A stretch of DNA of 64,000 bases from an uncultured Alphaproteobacteria bacterium (GCA_902521835.1 CABYTH010000001.1:22602-86601); one strand, 5' to 3'. Shown: positions 26,898 to 37,283, counted from the stretch's first letter. Numbers and translations: made by a program. Notes: generated by a model not told the origin, from the letters alone.

Positions 26898-28051
26898 TTG
26901 AAATTTACCCAGCTTGAATTTGATGAGCTTGATGCGATTGACCTTTCGATAAATTTAATACCCTCAAGTCCATCTTCTACACTTGGAAAATGATGATTTT
27001 CCTCATTAAATTTGCCATTTTTCTGATCAATTAGTGCATTAGCTACATCTGTATATATATTTGCAAAGCCCTCTAAATATCCCTCGGGGTGTCCGGCAGG
27101 AATTCTAGTAACATCTCCCGCATCGCTCATAGCGCCTGATCCACCTCTTGTAATTTTTTGTTTGGGTTCTCCAAATTTTGTAAAGTAAAGGTAATTTGGA
27201 TCTTCTTGACACCATTCTAGTCCGGCCTTATTACCATAAATTCTTATTTGTAAATGATTTTCATTTCCTGGGGCTACTTGTGAAGACCAGATAGTGCCTT
27301 TTGCTCCTCCTTTAAATCGTAAAGATATTTGAGCATTATCATCTAATTTTCTCCCAGGCACAAATGATGTTAACTCTGCAGATATCTCCTCTGTATTGAG
27401 ATCAGTTATAAACCTAATCAGATTGTAAGCATGAGTTCCAATGTCACCAATACATCCACCAGCACCTGATTGATTAGGATCAGTTCTCCAAGAGGCCTGT
27501 TTGTTTCCCCCATCATTAATTCTATTTTCTAAATCTTCGGTCAGCCAATCTTGAGCATACTCTGCTTGAATTATCCTTATTTCACCTAAGTCACCTCTCT
27601 TACAAAGAGCTCTGGCATTCCTAATCATGGGATAACCAGTGTAGTTATGAGTTAAAGCAAAAAGAACATTATTGTCTTTTTTGCATTTTATTAGTTCCTC
27701 ACATTGATTAACATTCATGGCAAGGGGTTTGTCACAAATTATGTTAAAGCCTTTCTCCATGAAAGCTTTTGCGATCGGATGGTGCATATGATTTGGTGTA
27801 ACTATAGCTACAACATCTATTTTATCCTCTCTGATCAATTCTTTTTCGACCATTTCAAGGTAGTCCTTATAATTCCTTTCATCTGCTATTCCAATATCTC
27901 TTCCAGAGGCTTGAGCTTTTTCAGGATTAGATGAAAAGGCACCAGCGACCAGTTCAAAGCGGTCATCAATTCTAGATGCAATACGGTGAACCTCTCCAAT
28001 AAATGCTCCTGACCCGCCACCAACCATTCCTAATTTTAATTTTTTGGTCAT
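26894..28051 (-). CDS. Gfo/Idh/MocA family oxidoreductase
   Basis: LGMVGGGSGAFIG, VTPNHMH, ICDKPL, GDIGTHA, GHPEGYLEGF; start set at MTKK (28051). Confidence 0.9.
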   Translation of the reverse strand: MTKKLKLGMVGGGSGAFIGEVHRIASRIDDRFELVAGAFSSNPEKAQASGRDIGIADERNYKDYLEMVEKELIREDKIDVVAIVTPNHMHHPIAKAFMEKGFNIICDKPLAMNVNQCEELIKCKKDNNVLFALTHNYTGYPMIRNARALCKRGDLGEIRIIQAEYAQDWLTEDLENRINDGGNKQASWRTDPNQSGAGGCIGDIGTHAYNLIRFITDLNTEEISAELTSFVPGRKLDDNAQISLRFKGGAKGTIWSSQVAPGNENHLQIRIYGNKAGLEWCQEDPNYLYFTKFGEPKQKITRGGSGAMSDAGDVTRIPAGHPEGYLEGFANIYTDVANALIDQKNGKFNEENHHFPSVEDGLEGIKFIERSIASSSSNSSWVNFN

Positions 28052-28055
28052 ATTA

Positions 28056-29108
28056 TCATTCAATTCCAAGCATTTTTTTGTTCGCATCTTGATCAGTACC
28101 AGCATCGGCAAAATCATCGAAAGCATTCTCGGTAACTCTAATTAAATGATCTTTAATAAATACAGAGCCCTCCTTAGCTCCGTCTTCAGGGTGTTTCAAA
28201 GCACACTCCCATTCTAAAACAGCCCATCCATCAAAGCCGTAAGTAGTAAGTTTGGAGAAAATTGACTTGAAATCTACTTGCCCGTCTCCTAAAGACCTAA
28301 ATCGACCTGCTCTGTTTTTCCAAGATTGAAATCCACTATAGACCCCTTGTTTACCAGTGGGATTGAGTTCTGCGTCTTTGACATGAAACATTTTTATTTT
28401 CTCGTGATAAATATCAATATGCTGCAAATAATCTAAATGTTGCAAAACAAAGTGGCTTGGATCATATAACATGTTGCAGCGTTCATGATTACCTACTTTA
28501 TCTAGAAACATTTCAAAAGTTATTCCATCAAAAAGATCCTCGCCTGGATGAATTTCATAACACAAATTCACCCCACACTCATCAAATTCATTAAGAATTG
28601 GTTTCCACCTTTTAGCAAGTTCATCAAATGCAGTTTCAACTAACCCTTCTGGTCTTTGAGGCCATGGATAAACATATGGCCAAGCCAATGCTCCTGAAAA
28701 AGTAACATGTTCAGTCAATCCAAAATTTTTTGAAGCTTTAGCAGCCATCATTAATTGATCGACTGCCCATTGCTGCCTTGCAGATGGATTTCCTCTAACC
28801 TCTGAGGCTGCAAAACCATCAAATACTGAGTCATATGCAGGATGAACGGCTACAAGCTGACCTTGAAGATGTGTCGATAGCTCAGTTAGATTTAAATTAA
28901 AACTTTTAAGAGTCCCTTTTATCTCGTCACAGTAATCTTTGCTTTCAGATGCTTGTTTTAGATTAATTAACCTCTCATCCCAACTAGGTATTTGAACACC
29001 TAGGTATCCTAAATCACTAGCCCATTTTGATATATTCTCTAAATTGTTAAATGGAGCATCATCACCTGCAAATTGAGCTAAAAATATAGCTGGACCTTTA
29101 ATAGACAT
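28056..29108 (-). CDS. Sugar phosphate isomerase/epimerase (xylose-isomerase-like TIM barrel)
   Basis: KGPAIFLAQF, YEIHPGEDL, YDPSHF, FHVKDAE, FRSLGDGQVDF, VLEWEC. Confidence 0.9.
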   Translation of the reverse strand: MSIKGPAIFLAQFAGDDAPFNNLENISKWASDLGYLGVQIPSWDERLINLKQASESKDYCDEIKGTLKSFNLNLTELSTHLQGQLVAVHPAYDSVFDGFAASEVRGNPSARQQWAVDQLMMAAKASKNFGLTEHVTFSGALAWPYVYPWPQRPEGLVETAFDELAKRWKPILNEFDECGVNLCYEIHPGEDLFDGITFEMFLDKVGNHERCNMLYDPSHFVLQHLDYLQHIDIYHEKIKMFHVKDAELNPTGKQGVYSGFQSWKNRAGRFRSLGDGQVDFKSIFSKLTTYGFDGWAVLEWECALKHPEDGAKEGSVFIKDHLIRVTENAFDDFADAGTDQDANKKMLGIE

Positions 29109-29255
29109 CGCTTAACCCCCTCCTGCGACAAACTATAATATTACAGTTAACTGCTATTTAAAATGTTTTTAAAACTATGAATAATCTGCATTTATAAATA
29201 TGTAAAAAGACTGTATAATCAGCCAGTTTTGTTATTAAAGAGGAGGAATAATAAC

Positions 29256-30566
29256 ATGAGAAAAATACTATCTGTATTTCTAGTTCCTGTTTTTGCCTTA
29301 CTTTTTTCTTTGAATGCTAAATCTGAGTCTTTGACTTTGGGCTGGGCCGCTTGGGATCCTGCTAATGCCTTACAAGAATTAAGTAAAGAATTTACAGCTG
29401 AAACAGGCGTTGAAATGAACTTCGAATTTGTGCCATGGCCAAATTTTGCTGAGAGAATGCTTAACGAGTTAAATAACCAAGGTAAAACTTTTGACTTGTT
29501 AATTGGTGACTCACAGTGGATTGGACAAGGTGCTGAATATGGTCACTATGTTAAGTTAAATGATTTCTTTGATGCTAACGGAATTTCAATGGATGATTTT
29601 AACCCAGCAACTGTTTACGCATATTCAACATGGCCAAAAGGATCACCTAACTATTACGCTCTTCCAGCAATGGGTGATGCTTTAGCATGGGCTTATCGAA
29701 AAGACTGGTTTGATAGACCAGAGCTTCAAGCTGAATTTAAAAGTAAGCATGGATATGATCTAGGTGTTCCAAAAACTTGGGATGAGTTATATGACATGTG
29801 TACTTTCTTCCAAGGAAGAGAAATTGATGGACAAGTAAGATATGGTGCAGCTATCAATACAGAGCGTGGATCTGAAGGTATCACCATGGGTGTAACAGCA
29901 GCCATGTATGCATGGGGTATGCAGTACGAAAATCCTGATAACCCATACGAGATGGACGGTTATTTTAACTCAGATGCTTCTGTAGAGGCTGTTGAATTTT
30001 ATAGAAAAATGTACGAAGATTGTGCACCTCCAGGGCATTCAGATGCTTATATGGTTGCAAATCTTGATGCATATAAATCAGGACAGGTTGCATTTCAAAT
30101 GAACTGGTATGCTTTCTGGCCTGGCGTTTCTAAAGAAGACAGTGACGGAAGAGTTTCTGGTTTCTTTGCTAACCCATGTCAAAACGTATGTGCAGCTACT
30201 CTTGGTGGTCAAGGTATCTCAGTTGTGAGTTACTCTGACAAACAAGACTTGGCTCTTGAATACATGAAGTGGTTTGCAAAGCCAGATATTCAACAAAAAT
30301 GGTGGGATTTAGGAGGATATTCATGTCATATGGATGTTCTTGGATCACCTGATTTCGTTGACTCAGCTGTTTACGCACAAGGCTTCCTTGACTCAATGGG
30401 CATCGTCAAAGACTTTTGGCAAGAGCCTACATTTGTTGAATTAATGCTTCCAATGCAGGAGAGAATTCATGACTACGTTGTGAATGGAAAAGGTTCTGCA
30501 AAAGACGCATTAGACAAAATTATTGATGATTGGACTGAAGTCTTCGAAGACGACGGTAAAATTTAA
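29256..30566 (+). CDS. Carbohydrate/polyol ABC transporter substrate-binding protein (CUT1)
   Basis: AGGAGG RBS, signal peptide, WAAWDPANAL, GDSQWIG, LGGQGISV. Confidence 0.9.
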   Translation: MRKILSVFLVPVFALLFSLNAKSESLTLGWAAWDPANALQELSKEFTAETGVEMNFEFVPWPNFAERMLNELNNQGKTFDLLIGDSQWIGQGAEYGHYVKLNDFFDANGISMDDFNPATVYAYSTWPKGSPNYYALPAMGDALAWAYRKDWFDRPELQAEFKSKHGYDLGVPKTWDELYDMCTFFQGREIDGQVRYGAAINTERGSEGITMGVTAAMYAWGMQYENPDNPYEMDGYFNSDASVEAVEFYRKMYEDCAPPGHSDAYMVANLDAYKSGQVAFQMNWYAFWPGVSKEDSDGRVSGFFANPCQNVCAATLGGQGISVVSYSDKQDLALEYMKWFAKPDIQQKWWDLGGYSCHMDVLGSPDFVDSAVYAQGFLDSMGIVKDFWQEPTFVELMLPMQERIHDYVVNGKGSAKDALDKIIDDWTEVFEDDGKI

Positions 30567-30582
30567 TCACTAAATTAATATA

Positions 30583-30606
30583 AAGGGTGGGATCAATCCC
30601 ACCCTT
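30583..30606 (+). terminator. GC-rich stem-loop after the SBP gene (attenuating or mRNA-stabilising hairpin)
   Basis: AAGGGTGGGAT-CA-ATCCCACCCTT inverted repeat between SBP and permease; no U-tract. Confidence 0.65.
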
Positions 30607-30621
30607 CAATCTAAAACATAT

Positions 30622-31524
30622 ATGAAAAGTGCTGTTAAAAAGTTCAAAGGCTTATCTGATAAAGCAATAGCCTGGATTTTCATAGCACCAACTTTAATTC
30701 TATTACTTGCTATAAATATTTATCCTCTCATCTATGCCATAAGGATGTCATTCACCAACTTTTATGCCAATAAAATAGGCAGAGAAGTAAAATTTGTGGG
30801 TTTAAAAAACTATAAAAAGATATTAGGTAAAGAAGAGATATGGGAAAAGATGCAGATAACTGCCCATTTCGTTTGTTGGACATTAGTCTTACAAGCATTA
30901 ATTGGATTGGGTCTTGCTCTTCTTTTAAACAAAAAATTTAAAGGTAATGAATTACTCACTACTTTAATAGTTTTACCAATGATGCTTTCTCCTGCAGTCG
31001 TAGGTGTATTTTGGACATACTTATATAATCCTCAAGTAGGTTTGTTTAATTACGTAGTTAATTTTTTCTATGACTTTGGTATTTTTGATATGATTGGTTC
31101 AAGCACTTTAGCCCCTTGGTCAATTGTGATTGTCGACACATGGATGTGGACACCTTTTACCATGTTAATTTGTCTGGCAGGATTAAGATCAATCCCAAAT
31201 TATTTGTACGAGGCTGCAGAAGTTGACCGAGCTAGTAAGTGGCAGCAATTTATCCATATAACATTGCCATCTGTCCTTCCTTTTCTACTTCTTGCATTAT
31301 TATTTAGAGGGATCGAGAATTTCAAAATGTTTGATCTGGTCGCTGAGCTTACTTCAGGTGGCCCAGGATCGGCGACTGAACTAGCATCAATCAATTTAAA
31401 ACGTGAAGCATTTGAAAAATGGAAAACAGGTTACAGCTCTGCTTTTGCTGTAATATTATTTGTCACCATATTCGGCTTTGGAAATGTGTATGTAAAAGTT
31501 ATGAACAAAATTAAAGAGAGATAA
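30622..31524 (+). CDS. Carbohydrate ABC permease
   Basis: EAA loop LRSIPNYLYEAAEVDRAS. Confidence 0.92.
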   Translation: MKSAVKKFKGLSDKAIAWIFIAPTLILLLAINIYPLIYAIRMSFTNFYANKIGREVKFVGLKNYKKILGKEEIWEKMQITAHFVCWTLVLQALIGLGLALLLNKKFKGNELLTTLIVLPMMLSPAVVGVFWTYLYNPQVGLFNYVVNFFYDFGIFDMIGSSTLAPWSIVIVDTWMWTPFTMLICLAGLRSIPNYLYEAAEVDRASKWQQFIHITLPSVLPFLLLALLFRGIENFKMFDLVAELTSGGPGSATELASINLKREAFEKWKTGYSSAFAVILFVTIFGFGNVYVKVMNKIKER

Positions 31525-32468
31525 TGGACACTTCAAGATCACCACTAGAAGCAACAGGATTTTCAAGAAAATTAGCTGCCACTATCATAATCGTTTACAT
31601 GATTGTAACCCTTATACCGATCACATGGATGGTTGCTACAAGCTTTAAAAGTGTTGATAGTGCTATCTCTTACCCACCAGAGGTCTTTTTTGAACCATCT
31701 TTAGAGGGTTATGTGAATTTATTTACAAATCGATCAAGACAACCGAAGGATTATTTGGACTCTCTTCCACCACCAGATACATGGTATGAGGAGTTAGTTC
31801 GCAGTAGAGAAATGGTCATAACAGGTCCATCGAAATTTTTACCGAGGTATTCCAATTCTTTGATAATTGGATTTGGTGCAACGTTCTTTTCGGTATTTTT
31901 AGGCTCCTTAGCTGCCTATGCTCTTTCAAGATTTAAAGTCCCACTGAAAGATGATTTATTATTTTTTATTTTATCTACGAGAATGTTCCCACCAATAGCA
32001 GTGGCAGTACCTATATTTATTATGTACAGAAAACTTGGTCTTGGTGATACTCACGTTGGCATGATTATTCTGTACACTGTTGTAAATTTAAGTTTGTCAG
32101 TTTGGCTGTTAAAAGGCTTTATGGATGAGATACCGAGAGAGTATGAGGAGGCTGCGATGATAGATGGTTACTCTAGAATGCAAGCATTTTTTAAAGTAGT
32201 CCTTCCGCAAGCAACTACAGGTATTGCAGCAACAGCAATTTTCTGCATGATATTCTCTTGGAATGAATATGCTTTTGCTGTTTTACTAACACAATTTAAT
32301 GCGCAAACTGCACCACCATTTATCCCAACAATTATAGGAGAGGGTGGTCTTGATTGGCCTGCTATTGGAGCAGGGACAACATTATTTTTAATCCCAGTGA
32401 TGATATTTACAGTTGTATTGAGAAAGCATCTTCTAAGGGGAATAACATTTGGAGCGGTAAGAAAATAA
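31524..32468 (+). CDS. Carbohydrate ABC permease
   Basis: EAA loop IPREYEEAAMIDG; C-terminal LLRGITFGAVRK. Confidence 0.92.
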   Translation: MDTSRSPLEATGFSRKLAATIIIVYMIVTLIPITWMVATSFKSVDSAISYPPEVFFEPSLEGYVNLFTNRSRQPKDYLDSLPPPDTWYEELVRSREMVITGPSKFLPRYSNSLIIGFGATFFSVFLGSLAAYALSRFKVPLKDDLLFFILSTRMFPPIAVAVPIFIMYRKLGLGDTHVGMIILYTVVNLSLSVWLLKGFMDEIPREYEEAAMIDGYSRMQAFFKVVLPQATTGIAATAIFCMIFSWNEYAFAVLLTQFNAQTAPPFIPTIIGEGGLDWPAIGAGTTLFLIPVMIFTVVLRKHLLRGITFGAVRK

Positions 32469-32659
32469 TGGCTGAGAAAAAAAGTTTATTGAGAAGAATT
32501 TTTAGAAGATCTATTTGGGAAAATGCATCAACCGTTTTAATTTTATTGGGTGTATTTATGCTGATGCAGCCTTTTGCTATGTGGATGTATACATATTCTT
32601 TTATCGTTATTTTGGTGGGAACTATCGGATTTGTGATCACAAGTCATTTCCCAGATTAG
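32468..32659 (+). CDS. Small 2-TM membrane protein inside the ABC operon (63 aa)
   Basis: ATG overlaps the permease stop (TAATG); MAEKK...WENASTVLILLGVFMLMQPF...SHFPD; ends 2 nt before the ATPase ATG. Confidence 0.75.
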   Translation: MAEKKSLLRRIFRRSIWENASTVLILLGVFMLMQPFAMWMYTYSFIVILVGTIGFVITSHFPD

Positions 32660-32661
32660 CT

Positions 32662-33744
32662 ATGGCAGAAATAGAAATTAAAAATTTACATAAATCTTTT
32701 GGAGATTTCGTAGCAGTGAAAAACTCCAATCTTATTATTGAAAATAAAGAATTCTTCGTTTTACTCGGTCCTTCAGGTTGTGGAAAAACTACCACTTTAA
32801 GAATGATTGCTGGTTTAGAGCTACCAACTTCTGGAAATATATATTTGGATAAGGAAGATGTGGGCTATCTAAGGGCCTCTCAGCGAGATATAGCCTTTGT
32901 TTTTCAGCTTTTTGCACTCTATCCACACATGAATGTAAGAAATAATCTGGCTTTCCCACTGAAAATGCAAAAGCTCTCACGAAGCGAAGTAGATGCTAAA
33001 GTTCTGGAAGCTGCAAAGCTTCTTAGAATTGATCACTTATTAAAATCAAAAGTATCCTCTTTAGCAGGAGGTGATCGCCAACGTGTTGCACTCGGAAGAG
33101 CGCTAGTCAGAAGACCTAAAGCATTTTTAATGGATGAACCTTTGGGCACACTTGATGCAGAATTTAGAGAATTGATGTGTTTGGAATTAAGAAAACTTCA
33201 CGATGATATTGATGCAACTACAGTTTATGTAACGCACGATCAACAAGAGGCAATGTCGATGGCTGATCGAATAGCAGTAATGAATGAGGGAGTGGTGTTG
33301 CAGGCAGACTCACCAAAAGTTATTTATAATAAACCTAAAACAAAGTTTGTTGCCAATTTTATTGGATCACCAGGAATGAACTTCATACCCATAAATGAGA
33401 AAATTTCTCCAAGTCAATCGAGTATTAAATTATTAGACTCATCATTAAATATCCCTGAACAAAAAGAAGGAACAGACTCCAATGAAAATTTTTTAGGTGT
33501 AAGGCCAGAGAATTTAAAATTAGTTTCTGAAAATGGCGTAAAAGGCAATGTCTTTGGTGTTGAATACTTAGGTTCAAGAAAAATTCTTACAATTGAAACT
33601 CAACTCGGAAATATAAAAATTAGAGTTGATAGTGACACACAAGTTAATATTAATGAGCAAATTCAATTTGATACTCTTAATAATAACCAAATAATTTTTG
33701 ATGGTTCAAATGACAAGGCACTTCAAAGTGAGTTTATGAGTTAA
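32662..33744 (+). CDS. ABC ATPase (MalK/UgpC-like)
   Basis: GPSGCGKTT, LAGGDRQR, LMDEP, YVTHDQ; start set at MAEIEIK. Confidence 0.93.
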   Translation: MAEIEIKNLHKSFGDFVAVKNSNLIIENKEFFVLLGPSGCGKTTTLRMIAGLELPTSGNIYLDKEDVGYLRASQRDIAFVFQLFALYPHMNVRNNLAFPLKMQKLSRSEVDAKVLEAAKLLRIDHLLKSKVSSLAGGDRQRVALGRALVRRPKAFLMDEPLGTLDAEFRELMCLELRKLHDDIDATTVYVTHDQQEAMSMADRIAVMNEGVVLQADSPKVIYNKPKTKFVANFIGSPGMNFIPINEKISPSQSSIKLLDSSLNIPEQKEGTDSNENFLGVRPENLKLVSENGVKGNVFGVEYLGSRKILTIETQLGNIKIRVDSDTQVNINEQIQFDTLNNNQIIFDGSNDKALQSEFMS

Positions 33745-34754
33745 TGTCTAAAGTAGAACTACAAAATATTACAAAAATATATGATAAAACTATTAAGGCT
33801 TTAGATGATATTAGCTTTACAGTAAATGATGGAGAGTTTTTTGTATTATTGGGTCCAACCGGTGCAGGTAAAACAACAACATTAAGATCAATAGCAGGTT
33901 TAGAAAAAATTGATAAAGGAAAGATCCTTTTTGATGATGAAGATTTCTCAGAGGCTCAGCCTGCAGCAAGAGACACAGCGTTTGTATTTCAACAATACTC
34001 TTTATACCCTCATTATAAGGTTTACGACAATTTAGCTTTTCCTCTTCGGTCTCCTCTTAGAAAAATCCCAGAAGACAAGATTAGAGAAAAAGTCACAAAA
34101 ATAGCGGAAATGTTGAAGATTTCAGCTAAATTAGACAACAAAGCTACTGAATTATCAGGGGGAGAAATGCAAAGAGTTGCGATAGGTCGTGCTTTAGTTA
34201 GAGACCCAAGTATATATTTAATGGATGAGCCTCTTTCATCCCTTGATGCAAAATTAAGGGAAAGTTTGAGAGTCGAACTGAAAAAAATTCAATTAAATTT
34301 AGGCTCCACAATTCTCTACGTCACACATGATCAAGCTGAAGCTACAACTATGGCAGATCGCATCGGAGTATTAGAAAATGGTAAGATCGCCCAGATTGAT
34401 AAACCAGAAGATATATATAATAATCCAAAATCTATTTATGTTGCAAATAGATTAGGTTCACCAAAAATAAATATTCTCAACAGAGCTTCTTTAAATACTT
34501 CATCACCAGATAAAGCAAGTCAACTTGGTCTAAGACCTGAGCACATTAAGATAGGAGAAGGTGAACTTTCAGGCTCAATTAAAACTGTTGAGTCTCTCGG
34601 TGCAGAAACTGTGGTAGAGTTAGACTTTAATGGAGCAGAAATTTTATCCTTATATCAAGGAGCATTCCAAGGACAAAAAGGGGACAAAGTAAATTTTGCA
34701 ATAGATCAAAATAAAATTTTATTTTTTGACGAAAAAGGAATGAGCGTGCAATGA
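33744..34754 (+). CDS. ABC ATPase (MalK/UgpC-like)
   Basis: GPTGAGKTT, LSGGEMQR, LMDEP, YVTHDQ. Confidence 0.93.
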   Translation: MSKVELQNITKIYDKTIKALDDISFTVNDGEFFVLLGPTGAGKTTTLRSIAGLEKIDKGKILFDDEDFSEAQPAARDTAFVFQQYSLYPHYKVYDNLAFPLRSPLRKIPEDKIREKVTKIAEMLKISAKLDNKATELSGGEMQRVAIGRALVRDPSIYLMDEPLSSLDAKLRESLRVELKKIQLNLGSTILYVTHDQAEATTMADRIGVLENGKIAQIDKPEDIYNNPKSIYVANRLGSPKINILNRASLNTSSPDKASQLGLRPEHIKIGEGELSGSIKTVESLGAETVVELDFNGAEILSLYQGAFQGQKGDKVNFAIDQNKILFFDEKGMSVQ

Positions 34755-35380
34755 GTGTTAATTTTTTAATCCATAGAGCAAAAGAAATTCAAGCTGTAAT
34801 TGATGCAAATGCAAGTGAAATAGAAAAATTGGACCAAGAAATAGGAGATGGGGATCATATTTTTAATGTCCAAAGAGGAATCAAGCTGGTTATAGAATTA
34901 GAAGCTGTAATTAAAGATTTGCCAATGTCTAAAGCTCTAAATCAAATAGCAATGAAAGTTCTTTCTGGTATTGGTGGCTCATCTGGAGCCCTGTTTGGCA
35001 CATTATTTATGACCATGGCCAAAGGAAACGATATAGATAATGGTGTTGATTATAAAAAGGCAATCGAAATTTTTGCAGATGGTGTGGAAGCTGTAAAACA
35101 AAGAGGTAAAGCAGATGTAGGTGAAAAAACAATGATGGATGTTCTCATACCTGTATCTAACTGCCTTAAAAAAGGTGTCGAGGATAACAAAGATGTTAAA
35201 GAGATACTTCAAGAAGCTATAGAAGTGGCGGAAAAAGGGATGTTTTCAACAAAAGATCTTTTAGCTACAAAAGGGAGAGCTTCTTTTTTAGGAGAGCGAG
35301 CGAAAGGTCATATCGATCCTGGAGCCAGGTCTTCACAATTAATGATAAAAACTGTCTGTGAGTCAGTGTTAAATAGTTAG
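34751..35380 (+). CDS. dhaL: Dihydroxyacetone kinase subunit L
   Basis: LDQEIGDGDH, GGSSGALFG, GEKTMMDV, KGRASFLGER, DPGARSS. Confidence 0.92.
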   Translation: MSVNFLIHRAKEIQAVIDANASEIEKLDQEIGDGDHIFNVQRGIKLVIELEAVIKDLPMSKALNQIAMKVLSGIGGSSGALFGTLFMTMAKGNDIDNGVDYKKAIEIFADGVEAVKQRGKADVGEKTMMDVLIPVSNCLKKGVEDNKDVKEILQEAIEVAEKGMFSTKDLLATKGRASFLGERAKGHIDPGARSSQLMIKTVCESVLNS

Positions 35381-35389
35381 GAGGATACT

Positions 35390-36382
35390 ATGAAAAAATT
35401 TATGAATTCAGCGGATGATTTTCTAAAGGAGAGTCTGCAAGGTTTTGGTGCTGCGCATCAAGATATTGTTAACTGCCACTACGACCCCAACTTCATCACC
35501 AGAGCCACTCCCACAAAAGAGGGGAAAGTAGCTCTGATCAGTGGAGGGGGGAGTGGACACGAACCCATGCATGGTGGCCTAGTCGGCTACGGTATGCTGG
35601 ATGCAGCCTGCCCCGGATTTGTTTTTTCATCACCCACACCTGATCAAATGTTAGCTGCTGCTGAAAAAGTAGACAGCGGAGCTGGAGTTTTATTTATCGT
35701 TAAAAACTATTCTGGAGATGTAATGAATTTCCAAATGGCAGCTGAGATGATGCAAGGTCCAAATGAGTCTGTATTAACAAATGATGACGTTGCTGTGGAG
35801 GACTCTTCATTTACAACTGGTAGAAGAGGTGTTGCCGCTACTGTTGTTGTTGAAAAAATAGTTGGTTCTTTAGCTGAGCACGGAGGTAGCTTACAAGAAT
35901 GTAAAGCCTTAGGGGATAAGGTAAATAAAAATTCAGGTTCTATGGGAGTTGCTTTTTCAAGTTGCACTGTCCCGGCTGCAGGAAAACCAAATTTTGATAT
36001 AGGCGATGATGAAATGGAATTTGGTGTTGGAATTCATGGTGAACCTGGAAGAAGAAGAGATAAAATGAAATCTGCACAAGAGATTACAAACGAGTTATTA
36101 GAGGCAATTAATGAGGATTTAAAGCCTGAGACAAACGAAGAAATTCTTTTATTCGTCAATGGTATGGGAGGTACTCCTTTAACAGAGCTATACCTAATTT
36201 TTGATAACGCTAAAAATATGTTAGACAAAAAAAATATAAAGATATCAAGGTCTCTTGTTGGAAATTATTGTACTTCTCTTGAGATGCAGGGTGCCTCTAT
36301 TACTCTTACAAAGCTTGATGAAGAGCTTTTAAAGCATTGGGACTCATCTGTTCACACAGCAGCTATGAGATGGGGTGTCTAA
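35390..36382 (+). CDS. dhaK: Dihydroxyacetone kinase subunit K
   Basis: ISGGGSGHEP, KNYSGDVMNF, GRRGVA, GVGIHGEPG. Confidence 0.94.
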   Translation: MKKFMNSADDFLKESLQGFGAAHQDIVNCHYDPNFITRATPTKEGKVALISGGGSGHEPMHGGLVGYGMLDAACPGFVFSSPTPDQMLAAAEKVDSGAGVLFIVKNYSGDVMNFQMAAEMMQGPNESVLTNDDVAVEDSSFTTGRRGVAATVVVEKIVGSLAEHGGSLQECKALGDKVNKNSGSMGVAFSSCTVPAAGKPNFDIGDDEMEFGVGIHGEPGRRRDKMKSAQEITNELLEAINEDLKPETNEEILLFVNGMGGTPLTELYLIFDNAKNMLDKKNIKISRSLVGNYCTSLEMQGASITLTKLDEELLKHWDSSVHTAAMRWGV

Positions 36383-36387
36383 AAATC

Positions 36388-36419
36388 ATAAAGCCTTTAG
36401 ACTGATCTAAAGGCTTTAT
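36388..36419. terminator. Probable bidirectional intrinsic terminator
   Basis: ATAAAGCCTTTAGA-CTGA-TCTAAAGGCTTTAT between the convergent dhaK and 36442..36729 genes. Confidence 0.8.
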
Positions 36420-36441
36420 ATTCGTCTGATTACCCTCATAA

Positions 36442-36729
36442 TTAGTGATTATGATGATCTAATGTAACTTCGCCAACTACTGTCTCGACTGAGACCCTAT
36501 TTTCTATATTAGTATTTAATCTTTTTTCTCGTGCTGCATCTGCTGCTTTCATAGTTTCAGCATCAGGATAAATTGTAACCGCCATCAATGTAACATCATC
36601 AATTCTAATGCCAATTAACTGACTTGCTTGTGGAAATTCTGATGGCGCACTTTGTACGTACCCTTGTGTTTGTTCGTCAGCTGCCTCCTTTGAGTCCATT
36701 TTTACTGTTGTTACTCTTGCTATGCTCAT
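36442..36729 (-). CDS. Small hypothetical protein, possible dimeric alpha+beta barrel (ABM-like) fold
   Basis: GGAGG RBS; beta-alpha-beta-beta-alpha-beta pattern judged by eye. Confidence 0.65.
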   Translation of the reverse strand: MSIARVTTVKMDSKEAADEQTQGYVQSAPSEFPQASQLIGIRIDDVTLMAVTIYPDAETMKAADAAREKRLNTNIENRVSVETVVGEVTLDHHNH

Positions 36730-36873
36730 TTATTACCCTCCTTCATTGTTACCTAAATAGTTTAGTTTATTAGTTAACAGTACACTCTATTAACAATTAA
36801 ATTAAATATTTTATAGACTAATTGACCTGACTATTTTGCATATCAAAAGATAAAATAATTTTTGTTAGCTAAT

Positions 36874-37080
36874 TTAACTATAGAAGTATATTAAGAAGCC
36901 GAAAATAAATATAAAAGTTAAAAAATAGCTGATTGCTGATTTTTTAAAGTATATCTCTGACTTAAACAGAATATTAAATATTTTATAACTAGCAAAAATT
37001 ACTAATGCTATTACTGCTAGAGTAACAAGCCATGTTCCTAAAAAGTTAATTGAAAAAAGTTTATCTAAGTTTTGTTCCAT
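36874..37080 (-). CDS. Small 2-TM hypothetical membrane protein
   Basis: Two hydrophobic stretches; begins 15 nt after the tRNA 3' end. Confidence 0.5.
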   Translation of the reverse strand: MEQNLDKLFSINFLGTWLVTLAVIALVIFASYKIFNILFKSEIYFKKSAISYFLTFIFIFGFLIYFYS

Positions 37081-37095
37081 TTTTTAATTTCATCT

Positions 37096-37171
37096 TGGTG
37101 GAGCCAAGGGGGATCGAACCCCTGACCTCTACGCTGCCAGCGTAGCGCTCTCCCAGCTGAGCTATGGCCCC
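37096..37171 (-). tRNA. tRNA-Ala (GGC)
   Basis: Reverse complement GGGGCCATAGCTCAGCTGGGAGAGCGCTACGCTGGCAGCGTAGAGGTCAGGGGTTCGATCCCCCTTGGCTCCACCA; 76 nt, G3:U70 pair, encoded CCA. Confidence 0.97.
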
Positions 37172-37283
37172 AATCATGCGTAGAATAAGCATAATAGAGT
37201 ATTCGGTAGTTAGTTCAAATCATATAACCGAGAAAAAACCGAGAATAAATACAAAAAAGGGAACTATTTGATAAGTTAAAATT

